64,000 nucleotides of DNA, taken from NCBI GenBank assembly GCA_000934665.2, contig JYFJ02000586.1, positions 1-64,000 of the forward strand. The letters run 5' to 3'. The first letter of the stretch is position 1, and every line of letters starts with the position of its first letter. The stretch is from Catajapyx aquilonaris (taxonomy: Eukaryota). Position numbers and translations under genes: made by a program. A model generated the notes under the pieces. It made no database searches and had not been told where the DNA came from. It saw nothing but the letters and a program-made list of their open reading frames with translations. Positions 40,301-55,300 of the stretch are shown in pieces.

Positions 40301-43300
40301 GTAATTGCAGTTCGATCCGCGCCTCTTCCATCTTTATTAGTCATTCTCGGAACCCAGCGCCAATTCGACAGCCTTTTCCAAGCTTTCAAACGAATCTTCC
40401 ACCCCTGGCAAAATGGGCTCTGGGCCAAGGCTTACGATAATTACCCCTTTACGCCCGTGAAAATGAAATCTGTTTTCGATACAGTTTCGGCCTGGAATAT
40501 ATAAAATCAGTGCTCCTTTCTGTCTCCCAGAATAAACTAAGCCTCACGTGGCTAGTTCTTACCTTCGCCACAAAATATGCTCGATTAAGCAAAAAAAAAA
40601 AAAAAAACATGGTCTCAAATCGAAAATCAATGGTTTTCTCCGCTTTCGTGACTTTGTGCATCTCTCCGCATCATTATCGAACTTGTCGCCAGGATTCAAA
40701 AATGGTCCTGTATTTTTCTATCAGTCTTCCTCAGAGTAAGTCGAGCAAAAAGTAATCGACACTTTGATACAGATATTATTTTTCTTTGTTTAAATAATGT
40801 AAAACATACCATTGTGGCGTTTGTTTTCAAAGGGTGTTTGTGCCAAATGTACATTTCAAGCTCACGTTCTAACCGAATCCATTTTCAGAGGAAACTGAAT
40901 ACATAAATCTGCCTAGCAACATCGGCGTCATTAATTCAAATAACTATATGTAAATGGTGTGTGGCCTTGCCAGCATGGCAACCACGCTCGGTCGAAGGCA
41001 ACATAAGATGCCTACGGTCATTTTCTCTTGAAGTTTCACACTTGAAAGGAGATCTGACAGAGTGAAAGGAGACTCCAGGCGACGTGCTGGAAACCGCATA
41101 CCAGCAGCCCCTCGACTATACCAACCATTCCGAATATGGATGCACTGCATATTGTAACAATGCGCAGAGATTCTAGGGAAATTTACATTCGTTTTTTCCT
41201 TTCCCTACGGTACGGGCTATTCGACATTTAATTGCCCCCTTTTATTGCTGGACATCCAGACCAGATCTGTGTATAGAGCAATTCCCCTATCCTCGATCCG
41301 CAAAAGTTGGGGGGAAGCAGCAGGAAGGGTGGAATTTATGGCGACCATGACTTTGGGTTAAGCAAGTTCCCGCTGCCGGGTAGTAAAGATGTTCCGGGTA
41401 GGGAAGAGACCAATAGCGCTCGTGGAAAGCTTTATACTAACATTACCATGATTTACGATCGTCTAACAGCGAGAAAATTTAGCAAAACGTACCGCAAAAC
41501 TACTTTGTAACTGCTATTTCATATTTTTTTATACGATTATAACTGATAAGAAATGTATGTATATGGAAAGCAAAAAGCGATGCACATTTTCACTGGGCGG
41601 CCTCTTCAGTGCGTAAACTTGGCAAAATCTACGTGAATACCTCCTCCAAATTTAACCCGCGATCTCTTCGGGTGTCGGATGACAGTACGGAAGCAGGCCG
41701 GAGATGTGGATCTCCAAGAGAAAATCTTTTCCACCATTCGGCTTTGCTACAAGGTCTCAGGAAGCTAAAAGTAAGGCACTAGTGTCCGGACGCAGAGTAA
41801 AGATTGCCTTTCCTTTTCCCCCTGTTTTTTTTTGGTCCTCAGAAAATCTCGAGGAAAAAGAAAACTTTTAGAGTGGTCTAACTTAATGACAAGTGTTTTT
41901 TATCCAATCCATCAACCTTCCATGACACGTAGATGTCCCGCTGACAAACAAACAACTCCGCTTCCTTCCTTACCATCCGGAAAAAAATATCTAGGAGCAG
42001 TGATTTATCAGCTAGCTATTTTTGTATCCTGGTGGGCTTTTTACAGCTACAAGTGGGCGGAGGCTGCCAAGAGTCAACAAACGTGCTTGGAAAACAAAAA
42101 AAAAAGTCATTCTGGTCGCGATGGACATGGTTTTGAATCACATGTCAACGTGTGATTGGGTACACTGCATGCCTGATGCACGTGGACACCCATGGGACCC
42201 TAGTGATTACAATAATATCAACATATATATCAGCGGTGTATGTATAGGTAGGCTGACTTAAGCCCCGGAGATTTGTTGGGTGTCGACTCGTAATGCGCCA
42301 CACCTTGATTTACTGCAAATTGGATGTTGATGGCCATGCTGTGCGTCCATCGCTCGATGACCATGCGGTCTGAAATACTGGAAAGTGTTTTTAGTATAGC
42401 TTATGACGATGGCTATTTCGAGTCGGGTGGGAGGCAGTCTGGATCTTGTAGATTATGCTTTTGACTTGCCTCTCGTTGATGCTAGGCCGTAAACTATATA
42501 AAGTCATTTTCCAGACGCTTTGATCTCGTAATTGAACTTTGTTTTTGTCGTACGTTGCCAGTCGACTCTTTGACAGGAAGTAATATGCTTCATTGACACT
42601 CGGATGAAGATTCTGTTAATATTTAGCCTCCATCTCTCCCGGAGTGAGAAACAGATTTCCAGCATAGTGTCAATACCCGTGTGTGCCAAAGCGGATAAGT
42701 AGAAATGAGTCTTGATATATGCTTTCATCTAGTTGAGCTCATACGAAGGATATTACATCCGGCTCGGAAAAAAATTATTGCTAAAATCATATCAGAATTA
42801 GGTGAGCCTCCTTCGAAAATGGCCTCCGAGCGGGATTAACATACCTAAAAGAGAAAAAGCGCATAGTCTGTTTAGCCTGCAGGCAATATGATCGAATTTT
42901 CAAAGTAGAGGAAGTGTTCATTTACGAAAAAAATCATAATCAGCTCCCTTTATTGGTGCAGAGAGTAAAATACACAGCGGACTACGGAAGTATAAAATAA
43001 TACTGATCATGGAAATGTCAGAAGTATACTTTTACGCAAAATCAATAAAATGGCTCAGAGTGTTCTTCTCATTAAGGAATATATTCGCAAATATTCCACA
43101 TCCCACTGGATACCTCATAAAATTTAATTAAGGAACTGGAAAGAGCCAAGTCAGAGACTAGGAGCTTTTTATAATCCCCACCGTGATTGCCATTTTATCA
43201 AACAAGAAAGTCCAAACTACAGTATACCCTCCTACATGTGACTGATCTTTCATAATTTTCATTATTAAATACAGACTCAGCATGTAAAACCGAAGAGATT

Positions 43301-46300
43301 TATGTTCTTACAAAGACATAATTATTGTATCCGTTCGCCATTTTGAAAGAGGTAAAAGCATATTTGAGGGGCACCCAACAAGAGTGGTTCAAGTCACAAA
43401 ATGTTGTTTCCAAGAAAATTGATCTTAAAGTTAATGACATACTGTGATGTCATATGGGATCAAATATGAATCTTTGCGGTTCAAGGCGTCCATGAATTTT
43501 TCTGCACAAGAACCAGTATTGCACGTGAAAGATGGTATCGCGACGATGCCAATGTTATATAACTTATTAACTTATTTCATCATTTTTTGTCACTTGAACT
43601 ACTCTTGTTGGGAGCCCCTCATTTTTGTTCGAGTATAATTATTTTATTATAGCAATTGACATGTTTTATTTAAACCTGAAGCGAAGCGATTATATAATAT
43701 ATTATGACGTACAAGTATGATGAACTTTAGAAAAACTACACTGCCTGTTGGAGGTAAAGTGCGTATATGACAAATGTAGGCAGCTTTTGCGTAAAATCAT
43801 GCGAGGCACACTTCCCGAAATTAAATCAAATTATAAAATTAAAAACCGCAGAAGTCAAAATCAAATTGCTGGAAATCACACAATTATATGGATTTTGCAC
43901 AATGAAACATTCAGCATCATCGATTGCTCCTGTATTTTACCCTGTAGGTAATCTATTTATGCCAGATTTACGGCAGTGGCCATTTTTACAGTATTATATT
44001 ACAAGAGAGCGAGTGCTTCCTGTTAATGCAATATGCAAACCTAATATTAATACTTTTGAAACTACTTAAGCCCTAATAGCAATTTTCATACTGCTAATGC
44101 AAAATTATTGCACGGGATTAACATGATGTTTACAAGAGTCGACAGCAGTATACTTGAGTACACTGGCTTTCTACGAGGGATAGAGTGAAGTTAGCGCAAC
44201 AAAGTAAGTCCCGAGGGCCTCATGAGATTCAGAAAAAATCATACAGCTACTTGCCAACCCGCCAGGAAAATTTTGCGTTCCTCTTTTCCTTTTACCCTGA
44301 CATGTATTTTCAAACGGTTTCGTGTGCAAGGTGGGTATAAACACACAAGACTGCAAAGAAAAGCGAAGTAACAGCAATTTGAGTAAATCCGCAAAGACGT
44401 ATGGCGCCATTTCAAAGGCAATGACCCGGAAGTCTGGCTTTAAGCTTTTCCTTGAATTTTCTCCGGAATTCAACATGTTACTCCAAGGCAGAACAATTAG
44501 TGACACCGGTTCTACTCAGAGAGTCATAAAGCTGCGTTTGATAACATATTTATTATGGTGCAATATACCTTGATGGGCGATGAAGCGCTGTTTCAAATGT
44601 AGTCTGCTAATCTAATCTGACTGGTATAAGCAATGCAGCAAAAGCGGATGTTTCAAAATGGGTCAAGTGAGTTCTTCATCCTTCGTAGTGCTCATCAAAC
44701 CCCATTCAACATCCAGCATGCAAATAGATTCAATCCTTCACCTTTTTTACTCCAGATTTTTTAGAATTTGCAGCTGAATTTCTTTGTATCGAAAAAACAG
44801 ACCGATAAGGTGAAGTTCTTACAGTGGAAATGACTCAGAACTTACAAATGCATTCACCGCTAAAACGTGCCTTTTACTATGCAATTTTTTCCCTCCTTTT
44901 CACTCAGAGAACTTCAGGTAAGCACAAAGGATGTTGAAAAAAAGGCTTTTTCGAGTCAATATGTAGCCTGCCCTATTTTTTAATGAGGCTTAGCCAGTCG
45001 CCATGACGACAATAAAAGCATTCCACCCTCTCACCTGTGTGACATTTTCATAAAATTTTCATAATACTCGGATACAAAAGGGAGCTTATTATGGCGATTA
45101 CACACTACTTAACCGTCGAAGGACACCGGATTGGTAGACACAAGACTATATAGGTGAGTCCCTAGAATCTCGGTCAGGACTGTTGGGAAATAAAAGGCTG
45201 CAGGAGAGCAACAGCTACACAGAGTTGATTTTGTTGGTGGAGCTCGACTGCGACTCATGCGCTGATTTATGTACAGGATTTGCAAACGAGCAGACAACGT
45301 CCGTTACAAACGTGTTCGTTAAGCAGTCGGCGTTCTCTAGAGGCGACAAAAAATATTTTAACAGCGACACAGAATTGTGCATGTAGTTCAACATCGGCCA
45401 CGGGTTGGGTTGTTCATATACAAATCGTCCAAACTAGCAAAAAAAAGGGCCTCAAAAATGCTTCAGTCTCGAGAAACCCTTTCTTGAAACCTAAAATATT
45501 CTTGCCAGATAAACACGCCGATGCCACCCAATTTGCGAAAATGTCAACAGGCACTGTATTATTCTTCCACACAAGTAACTCGGAGGAGACGTTTCCCACA
45601 GCCCCCCTTTTTGTTACCTCTGAGGATGGGGTGAGGTCTGGTTTATTCCCTTTGATGTGAAAAGGTCCAAACGAGTCCCAGGAGTTGAAAAGAGAATTCT
45701 CCACTGTTTTTCGCACCCTAGACTGAAAACAAACCGCGACACAAACCGGGTGGAGAAGTGTAAAAAAAAGGAGACAAATTGTAAGGAACAGAGAGTGAGA
45801 AAGAGAAGAAGAAAAAAAATCTCTTCAGATCGATCGGAAAGAAGACCTCCCGAAAAACCATTTTCTCGTAGGTTTGGTCTTCGTCTTAGAACTGGCAGAA
45901 TAAAAAATGAATCACGTAGAAGGATGTATCTCAGCAAAGCAAATCCTTGCAGGCATCGCGAGGACACGACTAATGGAACTTTTTCCTTCCTGTCTTTCCA
46001 GGCCTTATAAGCAGTCTTTGCAGAATGCTCGGGAAATAATGGTAAGTGAGTCTTCTCCTTAATTATCTCCGCTTTCCCACCCGCTAGCCTCCTTCAGTAA
46101 ACACTTTGGCATCATAATGGCTTGCTGGGAGTTTTTAGAACTGGAGACAATCAAATTATTTCGCTGGTTGACATGGCCAAACAATGTATAAATTGATGGA
46201 TGTACTAGGATTGCAAAAGGGTCGGTTTTGAGAGGTCGGGCTTGAGAGAAATTGCGATAATGTCTCCTTATTTTCTACTTATAGAATGGCATTGATTAAT

Positions 46301-49300
46301 GGTAGTTGAAGAAAAATAGGACATTCAGTTCGGGTGGTGTGTTGATAATACGAGTCAGTACGAAAATTACTTTTCTTGCGGGTGCAAACACTTTTTTTTG
46401 GATATTTCGCAGTGGCGAAACAGTGATGTAAAGGGTTTCGAAGCAAACCCATAACTTACCCAATGGCATAAACCGATAAGGCACATTTTCACTTTAACAA
46501 GGCACTAACTCAAATGTGCCCACATGTCAAGTCGGTGTCTCATCCCTGCGCTGATCTGGCAGAAAAAGCGAATTTGAACTCTTCCAATTTCCAAATATTT
46601 TTTCAACCCTCACTGAGTAAGCAAATTATTTTTTGTGTGTGTGTATTCAACAGTACAACACCTGACACTAGGGCTGTACGCAACATAAACACACGCAGAC
46701 TATCGATCTAGGATGTCAGCTCCGGGTGGAGAACAGCGTGATGATTCCCAGAGACTTGATGAAAGTGCTGCAGTTGTATTCCTATAAGTTGGCAGGGGGC
46801 TGGGAAGTGGGTGGCTGTTTTGCATATATAGATCCTTCCGATACATATACCCGAGCCACCTACGCGCTGTGGGTATGTCTCTATATTATGATCCCACGCA
46901 TGCTGGAGATCAGCCGCCACGGTGTGCGTGTATATGCGGAGAGGCTAAATGTCATCCATCGCTGTGGGATCCCAGGCGCATTTGCATGTGACGTAATCGG
47001 AGTGCTGGGGATGGAAAAAGCACATATATTGTGCATGCGCGTGAATTTCTATGCCCAAATGCTTCATTTTTATGGGTTCTGTGCAGCTAATATCAGCTGA
47101 AGTGTCGATAAAAATATAGGCTGCGCGTTTTGTTTCATGTGGAGAGTTGCGCATTGCTCATACATATCTGAAAGTTTGGAGGTTATTTCTACAAGTTAAT
47201 GATCAAACTACCGACTTTCCGTAAGCACCTTCGAAAATGATTAATATTCAGGCTTTATTAGAGGTTTCGCGGGGGCTGGTGGGTACATAATTCCGAGATA
47301 AACTGATGCAGAGGAAAAGTCGTTCAATCTTGTCGTAGTGGCCCTGGAGCTATACATTTTCCCATTGGGATCCATGTTAGAGCGATAACAATCCTTCCTA
47401 ACAGAGGAGGAACAGCCAGTAGGCCTAACGCCAACTGCAGCTAATCAACGGACTCTGATTCTCTTCGATTTCATCCATCTTTACGTCAGCTATCTGGGAA
47501 GTTTCCCGGGGAAGAATTATCCAACCTTTTCAACCTTACGAAGTTGTCGTTAATCACATTCTCCCTTCCTACGTCTTCTTTAGCGATAGACTATGAGTTA
47601 CCTATATAGCATTTTTTCTCTCCAAGTCGCCGTTACAGCAGTCTCGTGACTAGCAGTAAAGATCAAAAAAACGAGGCTATTAATGTAAAGTAAGCACGTG
47701 GTAAATCAAGGTGAAATATTCCTCGAGGTAATAAAAGAAGGGAGAGCTTCCAGCATGACCTGACATAATATGGGTGCCGAAAAGAGAGTCGTAATTAAGT
47801 TAGGGCCTTTCATTGCTGCTCTTGGATGCAGGTGGTAACAGCCTGAGAAGCTGTCTCATTCCGTCGAACAAAAGATGTCTCAATCGCGGGCGTAAAATCT
47901 CGACAGTGTCAAAATACAGCTGAATTAGCAAGTATAATTGCCAATAATCCCAGTTCCATTTTATACACCGTCATCTTCATATTCCGACATTTTCAGGTCA
48001 CAAATGACTTTGACTTTTACGCCATGAGATTAACTGAGGCGTCTTGCTTCAACACGTCTGTTTAAAGCCTTTTGCATCATAATTTTGTGGTTCGCCTTGA
48101 AAGCAGTCTGGGAATGATAAAAGAGGAAGTGACGCTCCTGTCCCATCCAGTCATCGTCACCCAGGCAACCCCCGTCACAAGATGCTAGGAAAGCATCCCG
48201 GATGTGACGTAGCTTCCAGAAAAAAACGTCATCTTGGTCGCCATGGTGAACGAATCGACATGGTTATACACATACATATACTCCGCATGTACTGCACTAG
48301 TCCTCACTCCGCAAGTGAACGCAGCACGTGGCAACATGGCAACATTCCCGTGGTTCTCACCAACACACACTGCCGTCATAAATATAGCGTGAAGGAGGAG
48401 TAAACACATGTCTATCACAAGAGCCTCCAGGATCTTGGAACAAGACTTTTGGTTCTCACCCACTTTTTAAGATCTCATTTTCATCCGCCTTAGTCGTTAA
48501 AATGACGTTGCTATAAAAAATTTTGAATGCCAGTTATTGCCAAACATCAGGGCATGGTGCAGTGTATTCACCTCTTTTGCTTCGGACAATCTGATGCGCC
48601 TGGCTCTATAGAGTGGCTGTGTTTGTAAGAGTGAATACGGGAAATGGAAGGGAGATTAGGATTTCCATGCAGAGGCAACGCAATTGTGTCCGGGAGGTGC
48701 CCTGAGGCCATTTGCGGAATTCAAATCCGGGTTCTACCAGGTGAAAACGACAATGGTATACATTTTCCGCTCTGCTTGCTTCAGGTATCTAGGGTACTGC
48801 CTATGAGCACTTCGCCTGGGTTGAGAGCGAGTAATATATGCTTTTATGCACCCTTTTTTATAAACGAGAAACAGGACTCGGCACAGTGTAAGAGTAAAAG
48901 TATTAGTTTGTAATATTTCTGTCTGGCACAGAAATGGATTTCAGGAAGTTGGGACGTCGTATTTTCACAGGCGGCGGAGTAATATACTGTATAACATTAT
49001 TCAAAACGGCATGAGGGTGAGTAAAGAAGCGAAAATGTCAAATTTGTTAACAGGGTAGGCCAGTAGGCTTATCTAAATGTAAAACAACATTACAATAAAA
49101 CTGCCTAGTGGGAAAATTGCAATTTTCAAGCTCTAACGAGTTGACTGAAAATTAGTTTCTGGCTTAGACTATATATGATTAATAATGTGGCTAGAAACTA
49201 TATAGTGAAGGACGACAACAGAAGGTATATACGAACTCTATGTTGTTTATTCCAGGTGTATTTGGCAAGGACATTTGCATGATATATTTTTGTGTGCTGC

Positions 49301-52300
49301 GAAACACAGAATTTTACACCTAGTAGCCACAACACCACCATTGCATTCCTCCACACCTGCACAATACAACATGCAGAGTATAAACATGCCTGCTGCAGAG
49401 GGCTTTTGTGGCTGTTACAAGCTGTCTTAACCACGGAAAATTCCTATAATGCTCTACTCAAATACGAAAAACAACATGTGCCTCTAACATACCCTTGCAA
49501 ACTGTGCAAATCATTTGTACCTATAGTACAAAAATAATTCATTCCTCGATAATACAGCAATGTCGATAATCTTTCACATTACAGCAATGTGTAACGTAAT
49601 ATTCCTTCCAACCATGAAACATTCTCATGGAGTATGTTTAGAACCCAACTTGTCCTGAGCTCCCAGAGAAACAGCTCCGAGCTCTAATAACCCAAATGCG
49701 TCTGCACTACATATTTTAACCAAAGCCGTATGCATCTCACAGGTACACAAAAAGATGACATATACATATAGCATTACCTCTGACTGTCTGTAGGCATCAT
49801 CGATTAGAATGCAGGTTAGTCCTAACTTCTTGCCTGCAGTATGAAAATGCGGGCCCGGGAATGTGGTCCGAAAGGGCCATAGATGAGAATTTTTTTATAT
49901 TCTCCTGATGCCGCAGTGGTGCAGAGGAAAGGGGATCCTGTACGACCATGCAAAGTTCCCCACCACCTGTTAGGCTGTGAATTACAGTCAGGAGTTTGGA
50001 CACGCCCTTTTCTCGACTCGCGATGCGGATACAATCCAATCCTTCCTGAGTCCCCCGAAAGAAGGAATTGGGCTTGGACTCCTTGTTTCACCTCCAGGCT
50101 GCCAATCCAGTGAGCCACTGAATATAAATCGCAACCTTCCCTACTTTTCAAACCAAATCACCGCCACCAGGCAGCCTCACTCTCCATATATTTTTTTTCA
50201 GAAACCCACACAAAATGTGGGATGTCAGCTTACAATATTGCTCGTGGGATTTGGCTAACGTAAAAAAAAGACGAGTCCTAAAATACAACTTGTTTTATTT
50301 TTTGCCGTGTTAAAATATGCAAGGTGTGAAGTTGCTTTCATGCTACGTGACATATTCGAGGCAGTGGTCCAGGACTTTTAGTGGAAACGACACGCAGCTG
50401 ATCCGACATGTTTATTCCAGATCCGTAGGGAGCAGGTATAGCACATTTGTCGCCGACTTGTCACATTAGCGACATTGTTTTGATGTAATCCGCAGGAGCA
50501 AGAATGGCATGTTACGACAGGTTGTGACCAAGGGGCCAAAAGTGCGAGGGTATTTTCCGGAACTAATTGCGTTAACATGCCCCTATGGAACTGAGATGTG
50601 ATTTTTACGCAGCGAAAACTGTACATATCGTCTAGTCTGCAACCGTGTGGGCTCGAGCACAACTGCGAATTATTCTTGTTCCCGGGCAATATGCTGCCCA
50701 ATGAAAGCGGTCGAATGTGCACATATGAGCATTCCAAATTTTAAGTATGTACCGGGGCAGGACTTGCTGCGGAATATACTTGTCACTGCTTGCCGTTTTT
50801 ACGTGGAGTTTTATTCGGGTTGGCGGACGTGTTTCCGGGTAGGTTTTTTTTATGTGGATGTGTATAAATGGCAATGGCCTGGTTGTTTTTGGGAGGTCTA
50901 TTTTCTGCGCATAATTTTTCGTATAATGCTGTTTGTGTGCTGGATTGGATGAGTGACTACCTTTTAACGGGTTGGCGGTATAGAGGATTACACGATTTCA
51001 TTTCAACATTGTCTGTTACCGAGATTCTGTACATGGAGATTCATAGTTGTGTATGAGGTGGATATCATTATGAGAATTAATCCACTGTGGTTTTGGTGAC
51101 CCTCTCATTAAAACTCTCTTGCACCTTTTCGTTACGCATTATATGCACTTCAGCCCCCAAAAGTAAAAGAACAACATCGTGGATGGCGATTTTTTTTACA
51201 TATAGGAACGCCACAGTTCATGGATGAATTTTCATTTATTACGGGAATGTATAACAAATAAAAAGTTCAGGCATTGGAAAACTTTCTTTGATTACTACTC
51301 AGACTTTCCGTCCTCATGACACTGTACTACGTACACACTCGGCTTGCAGCAATTGGCAATGTTGGAGCTAGTGGCTCTGAAGTAGCCAATTACGATTCGA
51401 GTGTATACGCTAGCGTTATGGGTGAAGCGAAGGTCTCCTGTATATCTCTTATTCGTCTGTGAGCATCCGTTAGTATTGTCTGGTTTGAATGCTCCATTGT
51501 TCAACTGCTAGTAAGATTTTACTAACACTGACAAACTATTGTGTGTTCAGAAACCCTTGCGTAATGCTTTTGTACAGTACCAGTACTACAAAATAACAAC
51601 GCGCATACAACAGAGGTATACATGTATATAAGGTTGAGCAAACTTTGCATTATTTACAGTATTTTGAATAGGAGTACATTTTATTACGTATTATTTGTAA
51701 TAAAAATGCGAGAAAATAAAATTTTATAATACAAATTCAGTGTTGTGTCTTCCTTTGATGAGGCAAAATATGTACCGAAAAGGACGTACTGACGCGTACT
51801 GACCTTTGCGCTTGCAAATAGATTCGAGAAGTCATAATTATGCCTTGTCAGACTGGCTCATGCATACCTTCTTGGTTTCTTCCCAGGATAGGGCACAAAA
51901 CAAATCCTTTATTTCTCCTGAGAAGGCAGGAGTTAAACGTACGAGTTGATCATGAAGTGGCAGAAAAAGAAAAAAAAATTACAATCGACTCAAATTGTGA
52001 AGAATTCAATAATTGCTCGCATGATGTTTTGTTGGATTTAGCTCTAGTCAGCATAAACTTCATAACATTTCTCACTATAAATGAGGTAGTGAAGAGCATA
52101 TGAAAAGCAATTACTGTACCTCGCGTAAAGTTCCCTTCACACGATTATTACAAAAGGGCAAAACAACAGCTTGTAGGGGTTCATTAACTCAACCCGTGTA
52201 TGGCACAGGTTATGTATAAGGCTGCCTGTTATAATTAGTGTGCCGCACGTATACACCCTGATCGTTGTGCCAGTCTCTTTCTTCCCTCTGGGTGCAAAAC

Positions 52301-55300
52301 CGTGCAAAACATTGAGTTCGCTTTGGATTATCTGCGCACAGAGTTGACATATAGGACATAAACAATAATCCACCAGACAGACATCACGGCGTGACACCAA
52401 GTCCCTGAGGATACGTCAACTGTGCCGCTGCTGCCGGTCGCAGTCCGGATGGGCGACAGGGATTCATTTCTCATCATATTTCCTGTCCCAAAACTATCTC
52501 ACTTTGAGAACCCCCAGTTCCGGAAACACCCTAACTCCTGCGGCCCCCTGGATCTGTACGTGACGACCTGTAATATCTGTCCCAATATTAATCAATGCTA
52601 GGCAGTGCAGGCACGTCATGTCCGTAGGGATGGAGCATGCCAAATCTTTGATTGATATCCTGGATAGACCATTACTGATGGGACACGACAGTTTCTCAAA
52701 AGAAGGTCATGAATATTTACACCAACTCTCCAATTCTATTCATGACTATCATGCAGCAATGACTTCCATTATTGTAATTTAATATTGTAACCTCATCAGC
52801 CTGAAGAGAGTGCAATTGCAGATTAGCTGTGATTAATTGCAACTAATGAGAGTAATTTTCCCAGAATAACAGTGTGGGATCATGGAGTGAAAGGCCAGCC
52901 ATGGAAACCGACCTGAATCCGCATCCCACCGCGGACAACTTTCCTCCTCTCACCACCACTCACTCCCTTTGCCTGTTGCCTACTCACTTCCCAGTTTCAG
53001 TTGCACGCCCAGCAACAAATCAGCACCCGCAAACCAACCACAGCCATCAGCAATGGGGCCTAGGAATCTATCTTTTTCTAGCTGCATTCTTCCCCGCACC
53101 TGATTACGGCCTAAACTACACGGGGCACAATCGATTCGGGTTAAAACATCAACGAAGAAAACAGACCCCTCTTCACTCTTCTCTTCACTCACTTCTAAGG
53201 CGGCAAAGGGAGACGATTTATGTTCGGTGCAGGCACTTAAATTTATCGCCCTCTGATCAACTTTCCAAGTAATTAAAAACATTTCACACTGAATGAGTAA
53301 TAAGGCTGCTCATAGAAGATCTCTTTTCCCCACTTTACGCACCACAATATGGCCTCTTATTTAAGCGTGTCTGCAGAATTTTGATGGTGGTTTATATCCC
53401 AGGATGTATTCAAAATATTTCATAATATTAACTGAATTGCAATAAAAACAGCCATCCTGGTATGTATTATGAAAAGTTGCAATTTCACCTCAGTTAACAA
53501 ATGTAAAATATTTATGTCGTGCTTTCTACCTAGTTTACATGGAATTGTGATGGTAAATCACTTCCAATCACTCGCAGTAAGCAACTGAGTGCTAGTAACA
53601 TCTACGCAAACATTGAACAGTACCGCACAATTTTATTATCGTTGTTTACTACACCATTAGGATGATGTGACACACTGCTGTTGACACATGCCCTGGCCAT
53701 ATATCGCTCAAAACAAAACGCATCTTGTGTAGAGTGGGTCTCGTTAGCTTTGTAGTTCCCTATAGGGCTGCCCACCTAGTATGTTAGCCGACCCTATTCC
53801 ATAACGAGAACCTTCCCGATTTGGAAATTTATTTGCTCAAGAAATTTCTGCCTTTACTCCACCTGTCCTAGTGATGAGGCTTGCTTGCCTTCTGCTGGTG
53901 TAGCCAAATATTGAAGCATAACTTCCACATCATGATGTTGACGTAGTAGAGAAAAAGCGTACCACACAGGAAGGCCCTATTACAATATTAAAAGATAAAA
54001 AGAGCTACAACCGCCTGCTTCAACAGAGGGCATAAACCAAGGTGGTCGTAAAATTGGTGAGATCCTTCCGGAATATCGAATTTATCCGAGAGGGCAGCGG
54101 CCCTAAGAGGATTAAGTACCATGTGTTTAGTAATTCCCCCGCATCTTGGGAGCAAGCCTTTTCCTAATCCCGAAAAAGCCTGAGGGCCAGGTGGTTCCCA
54201 TTTGTTAGTGTACGGGACCATATTTTACATCCACAGCTGACCTCCCACGAGTCCAAAGCAGTTCAAAGTGGTGGTCGGATCCGGCAAACCCGAAACTTTA
54301 CTGAATGCAGCTTCTCCCTTGCTGGGCTACAGGTTGGAGCACTTCCGAACTATATATGTGGAGGAGAGAGGTTTAGAAATACAGAAAGTCCGTCTTTTTA
54401 TCGCGCTTCCTGTGGAGAAGGCTGTGATATCCGTCAGACCCATTCAAAATGGAGGAAAAAAAGCGGAAGAGAGGCAACCGGGTTTCCCAAGCCGAATCGT
54501 AGGCAGTGCTATATACATTCCATCTCTCTACCAACTGGACGTAGGATTCAATTGCGTTTTATTAGGTTTTATTTTTTCAGGATCCACTTTAGCGTTCGGA
54601 TTTCATCACATTTTGAGCCCTGAAATGAACATTTCGTTGAGGAATCAATTATGTCTATGGACTTGGGGTACGGTCCGGAGGGATTGGAAAGTTCTACTTC
54701 CTTCTTGGGACTGGAAGCACTTCCTTCGTGGTTTGGAGGTAATAGGGTTTCCACCAAGCAAACAGATACTTCTAAAGCTCATGGCGTTATTATACAGGGT
54801 GTACAAAAAGAAAAGAGCCAAGGTTTCAGTTGATATTTTGATGTTTGTGGATATCGCTCCTTATTTCTCCTTAGCCCGAATATTATTTTGATGTAGACTG
54901 TGCTGCCATTGAATGGAATAGCAGTGGAAATTCTTACACTTTCATGAGCTTAGAAAGCAAACCATTATGCGAATGCAGTAAAGGCAATACGGAAAAACTT
55001 GCTCAAATTTAAGAAACATACACCGCTAAAATTTTGTCTTCAGAAACAAGATTAATTGAACGATAACAGCCATTGCGCATACATTTTAGTAACGTAACTT
55101 TTGAATAGTGTAGCCATAATAAAAGAAGACCTACTTGCAATGAAATTATCAAATTACAAAAAAAACGCAAGTAGGCCTACTCCTGCTGGTGTGTACAGTT
55201 CTCAAGTGAATTTCCCAGTACTGTATACATATACGCTTTCATACATTCGCTAATTTTCACCTGAGAAAACATTAGAACCGGCCAAACTGGATTCGATAAT

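Noticed and set aside
54268..54891. 207-aa ORF
   Set aside because: GTG start, no family similarity I can recognise, no exon-like splice signals.
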